From: the human T2T-CHM13v2.0 reference genome, Homo sapiens
DNA: 64,000 nt
NCBI RefSeq assembly: GCF_009914755.1
Contig: NC_060925.1
Direction: 5' to 3' (one strand)
Positions 19,329-41,470 of this stretch are shown here, piece by piece; the first letter of the stretch is position 1; each line of letters starts with the position of its first letter. The notes under the pieces were generated by a model. The model saw only the letters and a program-made list of their open reading frames with translations. It was not told the DNA's origin and ran no database searches. Position numbers and translations under genes: made by a program.

Positions 19329-19734
19329 TAACCTCGCGATCTGCCCACCTTGGCCTTCCAAAGTGCTGAGATTACAGGCGTGAGCCACTGTGCCCAGCCA
19401 AGGCTTCTTCTTTTTTTTAATTTAATTGGTTTTTTTTTTGAAACAGGGTCTCAACTCTGTCACCCAAGGTGGAGTGTAGTGGCATGATCACAGCTCACTG
19501 CAGCCTCAACTCCTGAGCTCAATCAGTCCTCCCACCTTAGCCTCCTTAGGAGCTAGGACTACAGATGCGTGCCACCACACCTGGCTAATTTTTTTTTTTG
19601 TTCAGAGATGGGGTTTCACTATGTTGTGCAACCTTCATTCCCAGTTTTAAGGAGAATGCTTCTAATGTTTGCCCATCTGCCATCATGATGTCTCTAGATT
19701 TCTTTAGTGGATAGACTTTTTACAGATACTCTTC

Positions 19735-20786
19735 TGTACGAGTCTGCTAGGGCTATCATAACAAAATACCACAGACTAGTTATTGTAAGTAACAGAAATG
19801 TATTTTGTTACAGTTCTGGAGTGAAGAAGTCCAAGATTAAGGTGTTGGCAAGTTTGGTTTCTTCTGAGGCCTCTCTCCATGTCTTGCAGATGGCTGCCTT
19901 CTTGGTGGGTTCTTACATGATTTTTTTCTATGCACTGGCACTGCTGATGTCACTGTGTATCCAAATTTCCTCTTCTTATAAAAACACCAGTGAGGATGGG
20001 TACAGTGGCTCATGCCTGTAATCCCAGCACTTTGGGAGGCTGAGGTGGGAGGATTGCTTGACCCCAGGGGTTCAAGATCAGCCTGGGCAACATAGTGAGA
20101 CCTTGTTTCTGTAAAAAATAAACAAAAAGTAGCCAGGTCTGGTGGTACACGCCTGTAGTCTTAGCTACTCGGGAGGCTGAGGAGGGAGGATTGCAGGAGT
20201 CCAGGATGTCAAAGCTGCAGTGAGCCAAGACGGTGTCTCTGCACTCCAACTTGGGCAACAGAGAAAGACTCTTTCTCAAAAACAAAAAACAAAAATAAAC
20301 AGTCAAAACTCTAATAGCCTCATTTTAACTTAATCACCTCTTTTAAGGCCGTGTCTCCGAATACAGTTGGCCCTCTATATTTGTGGATTCTGAATCCATG
20401 GATTCAATCAACCTCAGATGGAAAATATTTAGGGAAAAAAAAATGCATCTGTACTGATTATGTACAGACATTTTTTCCTCGTCATTATTTCCTAAACAAT
20501 ACAGTATAACAACTATTTATGTAGCCTTTTTATTGTATTAGGTATTATAAATAATCTAGTGATGATTAAACTATATAGGGGGATGTGCATAGGTTATATG
20601 CAAACATTATGCCATTTTATATCAGGGACTTGAGCTTCTGTAGATTTTTATATCCACTGTGTCCTGGAACCAATCTCCCATGGATACTGAGAGAGGACTG
20701 TACAGCTACATTCTGCAGTACTGGGGACTAGGGGTTCAGTATATGAATTGGGGACAGGGAAGAAGGACATAATTCAGTCTATAACA
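19735..20786 (-). mobile_element. MLT1A-like LTR interrupted by an Alu (~19995-20300) and MER2
   Basis: tg..agtctgctagggct.tcataacaaaataccacagact ... ggacataattcagtctataaca. Confidence 0.7.
20364..20700. mobile_element. MER2-like TcMar-Tigger element
   Basis: TA|CAGTTGGCCCTC...GGATACTGAGAGAGGACTG|TA: terminal inverted repeats and TA target duplication. Confidence 0.75.
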
Positions 20787-21541
20787 CAATTCAGTCTATA
20801 AATATTCCTTATATTTACTAAGAGTTGTTATTGTGAACAGATGTTAAATTTTATCAAATGCTGTTTTTAACCTATTGACATGACCATGTGGTTTTTATCC
20901 TTTAATATGTCAATCTAATTATATTTATTGTTTTCTATTTGTGCTAATTTTAATGTATATATATTTAGTATAGGTGATTATACTATGTTTAAACTTATTT
21001 AATCATCTTACTTCCAGTTTATTCTTTTAGCCTATAATCAGCACAAAAACAATAAAAATATAGGCCTTAATTTGTGTTAAATAAAAGCCCCCTCTTGAAT
21101 TTGGTGGTCTTTTAAATTTTTTTACATAGTACAAATTTGTTATTTTGTAAAAAATGATAATAAAAGCAAAAACTTTAGAATTTGTTGGTTTTTTCTTCTC
21201 TTTCTACTGAGAGGTTAAAAAAATAAGGACAGGCGGCAGGGCGCGGTGGCTCACAACTATAATCCCAGCACTTTGGAGGCTGAGGCGGGCGGATCACGAG
21301 GTCAGGAGTTCAAGACCAGCCTGGTCAACATGGTGAAATCCCGTCTCTACTAAAAATACAAAAATTAGCCAGGCGTGGTGGCAGGCGCCTGTAGTCCCAG
21401 CTACTCAGGAGGCTGAGGCAGGACAATCTCTTGAAAACTGGAAGGCAGAGGTTGCAGTGAGCTGAGATCGAGCCATGGCACTCCAGCCTGGGTGAAAGAG
21501 CGAAACTCCATCTCAAAAAAAAAAAAAAAAAAAAAAAATTA

Positions 21542-23892
<2,351 letters not shown>

Positions 23893-24098
23893 TTAATGAG
23901 ACTCCATCTCTAAAAATAATAATAAGAAGAATAGCTATCTTAAAAACAGTGAATGTCTCCACAAGCCAGAAGAATTCCCAGTTTCCTTTGAAATTACCAT
24001 TTCCAGCTTGTTAATTACAAATTTTCAACTTGTGGCCGCTTGTAATCCCAGCACTTTGGGAGGCCGAGCTGGGCGGATCACCTGAGGTTGGGAGTTCA

Positions 24099-24311
<213 letters not shown>

Positions 24312-25406
24312 TCAACTTTGTCAGATATCTTTACAGATCAGCCAGAGAAGAGGAAAACATTATCTTTATCTTTTTTTTTTTTTTTTTGAGACAGAGTCTC
24401 CCTCTGTCACCCAGGCTGGAGTGATATGGTGCGAATCTCGGCTCACTGCAACCTCCGCCTCCCGGGCTTAAGCAGTTCTCCTGCCTCACCTCCCGAGTAG
24501 CTGGGACTATAGGCACACACCACCATGCTTGGCTAATTTTTGTATTTTTAGTAGAGACAGAGTTTGACCATTTTGGCCAGGCTGGTCTTGCTTGAACTTT
24601 TGACCTCAGATAATCTGCCCACCTCGGCCTCCTAAAGTGCTGGGATTACAGGTGTAAGCCACTATGCCCAGCCCAGTATGTTTATAATACATTCAAAACC
24701 TAAGCTTACTCTTTTTGAGGCGTAGTTTAACCTACTGATGATGTCCTTTCTAAGGTCTACCTTCTTAGAAAATAGTTTTGCCTTGTCTTTCATTCCTGAA
24801 ATGGTCTTTTATATATTTTTCCATTTTAAGCAAGTTATGGACAGTTGTTAATCAAGCATCAGTTATGGTGACTGATCAGTTAAAATTAATCACTTCTTTT
24901 GGCTAGGCTCGGTGGCTCACTCCTGTAATCCCAACACTTTGGAGGCCAAGGCGGGTGGATCATCTGAGGTCAGGGGTTTGAGACAAGCCTGACCAATATG
25001 GTAAAACCCTGTCTGTACTAAAACTACAAAAATTAGCTGGGCATGGTGGCATGCGCCTGTAATCGCTACTACTCTGGAGGCTGAGACGGGAGAATTGCCT
25101 TTGGAGGTGGAGGTTGCAGTGGGCCGAGATCATGCCACTGCACTCCAGCCTGGGCTACAGAGTGAGACTCCATCTCAAAAAAAAAAAAAAATTAAAGCAC
25201 TTATTTTGATCATGGTACATATAAAACACTCATTTTGTATTCAAAACAAATTTCTGAATCAATGGGAAGATAGCCAGTTACATCTCTAAAGTTTTTTTTG
25301 TTACATAAGCTATTCATTAACTTTCATACCTAACAGGAAGGAAAAAATTTAGACTGAGAATCTTTTATTCACAAAACCATAGCAGTTTGTATTTTCTAAG
25401 TAAGAT

Positions 25407-26490
<1,084 letters not shown>

Positions 26491-26789
26491 AATACTATGG
26501 GAGTATTTAAATTTACCCAAGTGTCACTCAAAAAGCAAACAGCAAGCCAAGAGGCGGTGGCTCACGCCTGTAATCCCAGCACTTTGGGAGTCGGAGTCGG
26601 AGGTGGAGGCGGAGGCAGAGGCGGAGGCGGAGGAGGATGAATCACTTGAGGTCGGGAGTTTCAGACCAGCCTGGCCAACATGGTGAAACCGCGTCTCTAC
26701 TAAAAATACAAAAACTTGCTGTGCGTGGTTACACGTGCCTGTAGTCCCAGCTACTCGGGAGGCAGAGGCAGAACTGCCTGAACTTGTGA

Positions 26790-27134
<345 letters not shown>

Positions 27135-27212
27135 TAGGCAGGATGGTCTCGATCTCCTGACCTTGTGATCCGCCCGTTTCGGCCTCCCAAAGTGCTGGGA
27201 TTGCAGGCGTGA

Positions 27213-27458
<246 letters not shown>

Positions 27459-28192
27459 TGATCCACCCGCCTTGGCCTCCCAAAATGCTGGGATTACAGG
27501 AGTGAGCCGCTGCACCCGGCCGAGAACTTCTTATATGCTCACTTATTACCAATGGCTTAAGTTTCTTACTTTCCTTTCTTCTTTTTAAATAAACAGAGAT
27601 GAGCTCTCCCTATGTTGCCCAGGCTGGTCTTGAACTCCTGATCTCAAAAGCACTCCTGCTGCCTCGGCCCCCCAGAGTGTTAGGATTATGGGCGTGAGCC
27701 ACTGCACCCAGCCTCCTAATTATGTTTCAATAAAAATATGGCCGGGCACCTCTGTAATCCCAGCACTTCGGGAGGTCAAGGCGGGTGAAGCTCTTGAGCT
27801 CAGGAGTTCGAGACTAGCCTGGACAACATGGTGAAATCCCATCTTTACAAAAAAAAAAAAAAAAAAATTAGCCAGGTGTGGTGGTGCACGCCTGGGAGGA
27901 TCGCTTGAGCCCAGGAGGTTGAGGCTGTAGTGAGTTGTGATTGCACCACTGCACTCCAGGCTGGGTGACAGAGCAAGACCCTGTCTGAAAAAAAAAAAAG
28001 CCTATGCATTTTGTTCTACCTCCACTGTTTACTATTGGAGAATTGTTCTAAATAAATAAATGAAGTATAATCCCAAAGCTTCTGTTTAAAGATTAAGAGA
28101 TCGTCAATGAAGTTTAAAAATAAAAATAAAGTCCAGGCCCAGTGGCTCACACCTGTAATCCCAACACTTTGGGAGGTAAGGCGGGTGGATCA

Positions 28193-28966
<774 letters not shown>

Positions 28967-28971
28967 CATTA

Positions 28972-29424
<453 letters not shown>

Positions 29425-29684
29425 TCAGGAGGCTGAAGTGGGAGGATCTGATGGCTTGAGGCCAAGAGGTTGAGGCTGCAGTGAGCCTGATTGCACCACT
29501 GCACTCCAGCCTGGGTAACAGAGTGAGACCCTGTCTCAAAAAAAAACTCAACAGATTGAGGTGGAAGGATTCCTTGAGGCCAGAAATTCGAGACCAGAGA
29601 CCAGTCTGGGCAACACGGTGAGACCCTGTCTCTACACCTTTTTTTTTTTTTTTTTCTGAGACGGAGTCTCACTCTGTCACCTAG

Positions 29685-29952
<268 letters not shown>

Positions 29953-30148
29953 TAAAAAATTTCCTCCTTCTGAGGCAAGAGTGATATTTTTTCATTTTTA
30001 GTGATAAACCAGTTGTAAATTTAAATTCTTTAACTCTTAGTTTTGAGGACATTTGTGAATCTATAGTTGCTATGGAGACCAGAAGATGGGTTTCCTTTTG
30101 TTGAATCTAATGTTAGATGAAGGATGGAAACTTAAACAACAACAACAA

Positions 30149-30201
<53 letters not shown>

Positions 30202-30202
30202 T

Positions 30203-30670
<468 letters not shown>

Positions 30671-30825
30671 TCACTGTGAAGGATGGAAATGTTAAAATGT
30701 CTCCAAAGTATGTTCTTGTGATAGCCTGATTTAAATGAAAAATGCATGCTACCTGAAACTCTTTGATGATTTTTTAAAAAATCATAATTACGAGTATTTC
30801 CATATGTCATAGAATAGCCTCATAA

Positions 30826-31388
<563 letters not shown>

Positions 31389-31849
31389 TAGCCTAGACTG
31401 TATTTTGAACTGGTTAATCAACTTCTTATTCAAAATCTCCACCTAGATATCTTACAGAATATTCAAAACTGAACTAATGATCTTCAACCTTCTAAGACTG
31501 ATTCCCTTTCAGTAAATGGTGCCATTCTCCAAATGCTCAATGCAACCCAGACCATCTTTACATCTAATCTAATACCAAATCCTAGTGGGGAGGTCTACCT
31601 CCCAAATAAACCCATTCTCCATATTCTCCATTTTTGCAGCCATTTCAAGTTAAAAAAAAAAGAAAACAAAAATAACAGAAAACAAAAGAAACTTCAAATC
31701 TGGTCTTTTTACTTTCCCCACCCCGTTAATTCAAATCTAATTTGCCAGAGTCATTAAAACCCAGGCAGGGCCTGGTGCAGTGGCTCACGTCTGTAATCCC
31801 AGCATTTTGGGAGGCCAAAGCAGGCGAATCATTTGAGGTCAGGAGTTCA

Positions 31850-32097
<248 letters not shown>

Positions 32098-32501
32098 TCA
32101 ATGATAATATACTTTAAAAGTTTTTGATACTTTGCACTTATGGTACATACTGTCTAGTGCAGGAAATAGACATTAAATATACCACTGGCTATACAGTTGT
32201 AATTAGTGCTATTTAATTAGGTTGTAATAAGAGTGTTTAACAGGAAGACCTAATCCAGTGGAGGCCCCCTTGAGGAAATGACTTCAGCCTGAGAGTTGAG
32301 GAATCAGTGTGGGATCGGAGGAAGGATGAAAGAGCCAATTGTAGAAGCCCAGAGACAAAGGATAGGGTCCTGGAAAGAGCTGAAAGGTCACTGGCTGAAG
32401 ATGGGGGCACTACTGAAGGTGTAGTTGGAGCTGAAGGCATGTAGGACTTTTTAGCTCATCTTAAGGGGTTTGCTTTTTATCCTAAAAATAATGGAAAGTA
32501 A

Positions 32502-32663
<162 letters not shown>

Positions 32664-34159
32664 TGAGTAGCTGGGATTACAGACCCGTGCCACCACGCCC
32701 AGCTAATTTTTGTATTTTTAGTAGAGACAGGGTTTCACCATGTTGGTCAGGCTGGTCTCGAACTCCTGACCTAGTGATCCACCCCTTCCCACCCCCACCC
32801 CCAGCCTCCCAAAGTGCTGGGATTACAGGCATGAACCACCGAGCCCAGCCTGAGATTAAGCTTTTTAAAAGATGGTTCAGAAGGCAATGTGGTGGTCTGC
32901 ACCTACAGTACCTGGAGAGGCTGAGGTAGGAGGATGCTTGAGCTCAGGAGTTCGAGACTACCTTGAGTTATGATTGCATTGCTTCATTCCAGCCTGGGCC
33001 ACAGAGCAAGACTCAATCTCAAAAAAATCACTCAATCTTCTTTACCTAGAGTGTACATGTCTCCCTGCCACTAATTCTCAAGAGGAAGGTCAAAAAGTTG
33101 ATAGTTGGGGCAAAATTTGTACTGAGTCATTCCTCTCTTTCATTTCCCTTGACTTCTTTCAGATTTTTCATGATGTGAGAGTCACACCCTAAGTCTGTAC
33201 CCATCTACTCTTTTCCTGAACAATAAGATAATCTCTATATCTAATCTCTAATCTATTAGAGTTTCACGTTGTTGCTCTGGCTGGCCTTGAAACCTTGGGA
33301 TTAAGTGAGCCTTCCGCTTTAACCTCCCCAGTAACGGGCATTGCAGGCGCCTGCAGCCACACCATTAATACTACTTTAAATAGCAAAAACAAGAACACGA
33401 AAATTAAATCTAAACAAAAAGTGCTTGCCAATCCAGGTATTTATGTGACGTCTAGTAAGTAGATCAAGTGCGTTGCTTTCTTGTGAACACTTGGTTCTTT
33501 CCTGCCACATCAAAGTGATTGAATTAAGACGTGTCAAGCTGTTAATGGCCCCCAGACTTCCGCTTCAGGAAACTGGAGATCGATGGTTTTTTGGCCGGAT
33601 TTGCGAGCAGCTTGTCAGCTGTTTTTGCCCTCCCCTTCCCATCCATCCACTGCGAATGAGTATTAGGAATTCAGAAGCGTTGTTTGCTATTTGATCCTAA
33701 GGGAAACTACTGTACTAAATATATTCTTCTGATACATGTTAGCACCTCTAAAGTATCTGCAAACCATCAAGAGGTAGTTGCGAAGACTCAAAATCCTAAA
33801 TCACGCACTCATCAGTACGCAGCTGTTGCGAAACAGCTCTTAAATTGCCACTTTAAACCCAAAGAGAGTATGTCTCTAGCCTCAGCTGCTACCTAATATT
33901 GATCAAGCACTCACTACGTGCAAGAGACAGGAACTGTGGAGAAGGCTGGGGAAAAAAGCGTGAAAACCACGAAAACATCAGAAGCCAAAACTCAAGAACC
34001 TCTACTAGGCTAACTGATTAGTGAAAACGTCGTGTTAACAGCAAACGCCTTGAGTGTAGCGCTCCTACTCCTAACCCCCGGCTCTCTACACGGCAATCAC
34101 CCGAACCCACTCTGCCTGCCCTAACAGGCCTGAGCTGCCCGGCTCAGACTCCTACACCT

Positions 34160-34270
34160 TTTTTGCACCGCCCGGGGCTGGGTGTGGTCACGTGACAGGT
34201 TCAGACCAATGGGCAGGCCGCCCGTGGGGGGTCTTCTATAAAAGCGCCTGTCGCGCGACCGCCATTACAA
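34160..34270 (+). promoter_or_regulatory. BRDT: BRDT core promoter (GC/GT boxes, palindromic E-box, CCAAT, TATA)
   Basis: CCGCCC at ~34168; GTCACGTGAC 34187-34196; CCAAT 34206-34210; TATAAAAG 34237-34244. This is the only non-Alu CpG-rich region upstream of the BRDT coding exons. Confidence 0.8.
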
Positions 34271-34548
34271 CAAAAACTGGCGGCGAGGAACTGCGGAGAA
34301 CCGTTGCCCTGCACCGCTTCATTTTGTGCAGCCTGAAAGGGGCAATCACATAAGGTCGGTTTTGTAATATACAGGTAACATACAGGTAATGTACCCTCCA
34401 CAGGGGGTGCTGCCTTAGGCCGGCCCAGAGGTGCGGCCTTGGGTGGGAACAACCGTTTTTTCCCCCCTCTCCCCTCCCCGACCCCATCAACATCGTGCGA
34501 CAGTCCGGGCAGTTGAGAAGGCCACCCCGCTTCGTGCCTGCAGCCCAG
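34265..34548 (+). other. BRDT: BRDT non-coding exon 1 region with several candidate donors (34354, 34374, 34385, 34548); TSS approximate
   Basis: Start inferred ~28 nt after the TATA box; donor motifs AAG|gtcggt, CAG|gtaaca, CAG|gtaatg and a perfect CAG|gtgagt. Confidence 0.65.
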
Positions 34549-35113
34549 GTGAGTTGCCAGTCGCTTCCCTTTGGCCTTACCAACTTCAGGCTCGTTGCCC
34601 CCAAGGGATCTTTTTCTCTCTCTCCCTCTTTTCCCCTAAATGTCTGGTTTTTCTTCAAGGGAGGGCTGGGAAGGAGGAGGTTGGGGCGAGGGAGTGGGAG
34701 GTCCAGTTGTCCAACTGCCTCCTCCCATTTTGAAAAATACTCATGGTCTTTGTAGTTCCTCTTAGGTCTTGGACTGGTGTGGATCGCTGCTGCCTGTACT
34801 GTAATTTTGGAAATGCAGGAGAAAGTACGGAGCGTTTAGCTTTAGCTGGCATTTTGTGTTTATTCTGCAAGTGGTCATTTGGGACGGGGAAGTTCGGGTT
34901 CTTGCTTCATTTATTTATTCAATTAACTTTATTAAGCCCCTGGAACGTCTGAACCCTCTTTTGGGTACTGCAGGATTGTGGTGGGCTTTACTTCAAGGCG
35001 CGCTGGCCTGTATTAAGAATTAAGATAGAGGAGGCCGGGTGCAGTGGCTCGCCCCTGTAATCTCAGCACTTTCGGAGGCCGAGGCAAGTGGATCACCTGA
35101 GGTCAGGAGTTCA

Positions 35114-35362
<249 letters not shown>

Positions 35363-35550
35363 TCAAGGGAAAGGCCTGGGTGGATGGGAGGGAATGAGAG
35401 AGGCTCTTGGGCAGAAGTGATAACTCGTCTTGATCTTGAGGGACAAATAGAAGTTAGACTAAAAAGTGAGGAGGGAAGTTCAGGTAAAGAGAAGTTTCTC
35501 AAAGGCATGGATGTATGTACACCGAGTAGGATGTGACAGTGGATAATTGC

Positions 35551-35581
<31 letters not shown>

Positions 35582-35652
35582 CAGATAGCTGCTATGGCTG
35601 GGCGATCTCAGAGGATCGCCTGAGTCGCTCACGCCTGTAATCCCAGCACTTA

Positions 35653-35892
<240 letters not shown>

Positions 35893-37823
35893 TCAAAAAA
35901 AAAAAAAAGATGGTCCTGCTGTGTTGCCCAGGTTGGAGTATTGACAGGCACTGTCATGGCCAACTACAGCCTGAACTGACCTCAAGCGATTCTTCTGCCT
36001 AAGCCTACTGGCTAGCTAGTACTACAGATACCCTGCCTCACTGTCGCTGACCGTGTTGGGAATTGGTGAAGTAGCAAGAGATGAGTCTAGTAAGGGGGCA
36101 GATTATAAAGGGGTTTGTATAGCATGAAGGATAGTGAGTTGAACTGTATGATCTTAAGCAACACCATTGCATAATTTATGTGGTGACTAGTGATTGAATA
36201 AAAGCAGTGGTTTATTGGATGGAGAATAGGAAAACAGTAAGTATCTCGAATATTTAAATTATATTCAGCAGTCATTTGTGCCCATGTATTTGATACTTTG
36301 AAGTGGCTGAGATTGGCATAAGGCGGGGCGGCAGGGTGGCGGGGGGGCGTGTATAGATGGAATTAAAAAAAAAGAAAAAAAAGGCTGGGCGCGGTGGCTC
36401 ACGCCTGTAATCCCAGCACTTTGGGAGTCAGGAGTTGAAGACCAGCCTGGCCAACATGGTGAAACCCCGTCTCTACTAAAAATACAAAAAAATTAGCCGG
36501 GCGTGGTGGCACGCGCCTGTAATCCCAGCTACTCCAGAGGGTGAAGCAGAGAATTGCTTAAACCTGGAGGGGCGGAGGTTGCAGTGAGCCGAGATCACAC
36601 CACTGCACTCCAGCCTGGGCGACAGAGTGAGACTCCAAAGTGGGGAAGGTGAGGTGGCTCAGGCCTGTAATCCCAGCACTTTGGCAAGTTGAGTTGGGCA
36701 GCCAGGAGTTCAAGACAAGCCTGGCCAACATGGCGAAACCCCATCTCTACTAAAAATACAAAAAAAATTAGCCAGGCGCAGTGGCTCATGCCTGTAATCT
36801 CAGCACTTTGGGAGGCCAAGGTCAGAGGATCGCCTGAGTTCAGGAGTTTGAGACCAGCCTGGGCAATATAGTGAGACCCTATCTCTATAAAAAATACAAA
36901 AAACTCTGCAAAGAGACTGTATCCCCAAATTCTAACTCAATGCTTTGGCACCATTTGTAGGTGCTTTATGTTAGTACATATTCAATAAATGAACAAATAG
37001 AATTTGGAAAATGGTATCCTGGAAACCAGAAGAGCATTTTAAGAATCATAATAGTTCAGTGCAGATGTTCCTGGGAGGTCAAGTTAAGAGTCAAAAATAA
37101 TTCATTAGATTTAACAATTTAGCATGGTAAGTGTTAATCTTAGTGTAAGGGGAGTTTTAGAGGAATGTTGGGGGAAAAGCCAAGTGTGATGTAGGCTGTA
37201 AAGACAGTGGGTGGAGAGAGAGGCCACAGGATCATGCTGAAGGGCTTAATTGAAGCTCTCTGGCTTCCTCTGCAGTCTGGCAGGTGCACTGGCCAGAAAG
37301 GGGCTCTTTGGCTGAATGCTATGAGTCCGCTTCAGTAAGAGAAGAAAGGTGGAAAATGCTCTGGGATGAGGTATGGAAGAAAAGATTGAGGCCATAAGAA
37401 AATGATAGGATTAAGGGAAGAATTTTAAAGGAGACTTGACAAAGTTTATATGGAGGGAAGCTAGTAGATAAATGTCGAAGATACAGAAAAGATGGACCAG
37501 GCCATCTGTTGAAGATACAGAAAAGATAAACCAGCACAATGGTTCATGCCTGTGATCGTAGCACTTGGGGAGCTTGAGGCAGGCGGAGGAGTGCTTGAGC
37601 CCAGGAGTTCAAGACCAGCCTGGGTAACGTAGTGAGACCCATCTCCAAAAAAAAAAAAAAAAAAAAAAAAGAGGGACCAAGGGCCTTCCAGGGGTGATGG
37701 GGGAGTGTTATCTAGAGTCCCTGGGAAAAGAGTTCTAGATAGAAAAAGTGCCTCATCCTTAGACTGAAGGGAGAAGCAAATGAGAAGATTGAGTCATTGT
37801 AAGGAATATTGTAATTCATTTCT

Positions 37824-37988
37824 TTTTTTCTTTATTATTATACTTTAAGTTCTAGGGTACATGTGCACAACGTGCAGGTTTGTTACATATGTATACATGT
37901 GCCGTGTTGGTGTGCTGCACCCATTAACTCATCATTTACATTAGATATTTCTCCTAATGCTATCCCTCCCCCCTCCCTCCACCCCAAC
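37824..37988 (-). mobile_element. Severely 5'-truncated L1PA 3' end in BRDT intron 1
   Basis: ttattatactttaagttctagggtacatgtgcacaacgtgcagg; 16-bp TSD ATTGTAA(T/A)TCATTTCT at 37808-37823 and 37989-38004. Confidence 0.9.
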
Positions 37989-38259
37989 ATTGTAAATCAT
38001 TTCTATGAATTACCTCTGGCCCAAATTGAAGCCTGATCTAAGTTTGCAGAAACTATTTTCTCCCTTGGACTGGAGACTGCTCATTTGATGGTGTAGGATT
38101 TGGAATTAGTGTATAAGCTCATCAAGGGCCAGGTTACTTTTGACCTCCAGAATCCAAGCTCTTTAGTTCTATGCTGTGCTGTTTCCTGAGATTGAAGTAT
38201 GCACTTAGGGCAACACAATTTAATAACTGATTACAGTTAGTAATCACTGAGGGAATTCA

Positions 38260-38619
<360 letters not shown>

Positions 38620-38775
38620 TCATTCAACCATAGACTGATGTAACAAGGGGATGCTACACTATTGTGTGATTGTCTTCAACAAAGTGAATTGAACTTTTCA
38701 TTATCATTTATGATACATTGTTTTTGAACAGTTGTAATGAGTGGTTACTATGTAACATTGAATTCTTGACATTAG

Positions 38776-39444
<669 letters not shown>

Positions 39445-40116
39445 TGACCCATCTTTCTAGAGATATATCCACAGGTAAAAAATGTTTTGAAAGCGGAAAT
39501 AACAAAATGACAACTCACTATAAACATTAGAAGCAATAGTGGAGGCTGGGTGTGATGGCTCACGCCTGTAATCCCAGCACTTTGGGAGGCTGAGGTGGGA
39601 GGATCACTTGAGAACCAAGAGTTTAATAAGACCAGCTTGAGCAGCATGGTGAACCCTCATCTCTACTAAAAAAATTAAAAAAATTAGCCAGGTGTGGTGG
39701 CATGCAGCTGTAGTCCCAGCTACTTGGGAGGCTGATGTGGGAGGATGGCTTGAGCCCGAGATCGAGGCTTCAGTGAGCAGTGATCATGCCACTGCACTCC
39801 AGCCTGGGTGACAAAGCAAGACCCTGTCTGAACAAAACAAAAAAACAGTGGACTTTGACTTAGATGGGTTAGACTGCAGATTATAGTTGCCAGTATAATG
39901 GTAACTCTGTACTTTTTTCCCCTCCTTAAGGTGGCATATTGGAATGTGAGTGTAAGTGCTTTTTAGAGAGAACCTTAAATTAACCAGCATGTTTACTTCT
40001 GACACTAGACAAGTGGTTAGGACCCACCATTAACATGAAAATTGTCTGGGTGCGGTGGCTCAATCCTGTAATCCCAGCGCTTTGGGAGGCTGAGGCAGGT
40101 GGATCACTTGAGGTCA

Positions 40117-40413
<297 letters not shown>

Positions 40414-41284
40414 CTAAAATTAAAGGCTTTAGGGAAAGTGAAATAGTAAAATTGACAGCTGTCTAGCATAGAAATTTGCAAAGTATCATAAAAAGCCACA
40501 TAAGCCCATTTTTAAACGTTTAAAAGAAACAGAAGATTAAAGTAATTGAAACAGTAAGATGGGTAATGACAGTGGATACATTATAAAAGGGAAAATTTTT
40601 AGTCATATATTGCTGGACAGTGAGCTTCACTTCACATTAGAAACCAGGGCCTCCAGCCAAGAAATGCAGAGAGTTCACTGAGAAGATAATCAGATTATCA
40701 AATATTAGCTATTGTTTTGCCCAGTGACAATGATATCAGAATTATTTGTTAATGTTTGGTGCATTCATGTTCAGGCCATCTGTGGCCCTCAATTACAGTG
40801 TATTTAAGGCTGTTATTAAAATTTTCAAGTGTACAGAAAGGTAAAATAGTACAAAAAAACTATATCAGCAATTGTCAACATTTTGCCATATTTGCTTTTC
40901 TATATAGCCTTCCCACAGGCCTTTTAAAGATATATTACAGATATGACTTCACAAGTTTTTTTGAGCAACACTTAACATTTCTTCCTGTATACCTTGCTAT
41001 TACATCTATCAAGATGAACAATCCCCTAGATTTCCCTAGTTGTCTCAAAATGTTATGACCGATCTTTTTCTTTTTTTCTTTTGCCACCTTTCTGGCTGGA
41101 AATATGGCTGATGTTTTAAAACCAAGATTTGGTATAGAATAACCAATTGAGTTTGGTTATCATGGTTCTTCCTGCCCCCCCCACCCCCTGCCTGCTTTTC
41201 CTGAGTTGTATGTCATGGATCTTAATGTAGAGTCATTTTTCTTATTTTCTGTAATGACCTTGACTTTTGTAAAATAGGCCATTT

Positions 41285-41470
41285 TAGCACTGTCCCTTAG
41301 AACTTTTCTGCCATGATGGCAGTGTTCTATATCTGCATTGTCTCATACAGTAGCTCCTAGCCACATGTGGCTATTAAGCACTTGAAATGTGGCTAAGTTT
41401 TTAATTCTATTAAGTTTTGGGTAATTTAAATTGTTATGGTTAACTAGGGGCCATCATACAGCACAGCTCT
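41285..41470. mobile_element. MER3-like DNA transposon remnant
   Basis: tagaactttt.tgc.atgatgg.a.tgttctatatctgc...tagccacatgtggctatt.agcacttgaaatgtggcta. Confidence 0.65.

Larger units (their letters stand above)
34040..34620. promoter_or_regulatory. Small CpG-island-like region spanning the BRDT promoter and exon 1
   Basis: High GC and dense CpGs in unique (non-Alu) sequence, against a CpG-depleted background; boundaries approximate. Confidence 0.75.

Noticed and set aside
33446-33453. CRE-like TGACGTCT upstream of the promoter
   Set aside because: One mismatch, ~800 bp from the TATA box, and expected by chance.
34395-34412. CTCF/BORIS-like motif CCACAGGGGGTGCT in exon 1
   Set aside because: The 5' half is misaligned with the consensus; too weak without ChIP data.
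34201-34870. Overlapping ORFs on both strands at the promoter
   Set aside because: Expected from high GC content; no recognisable domain, and several lack an ATG.
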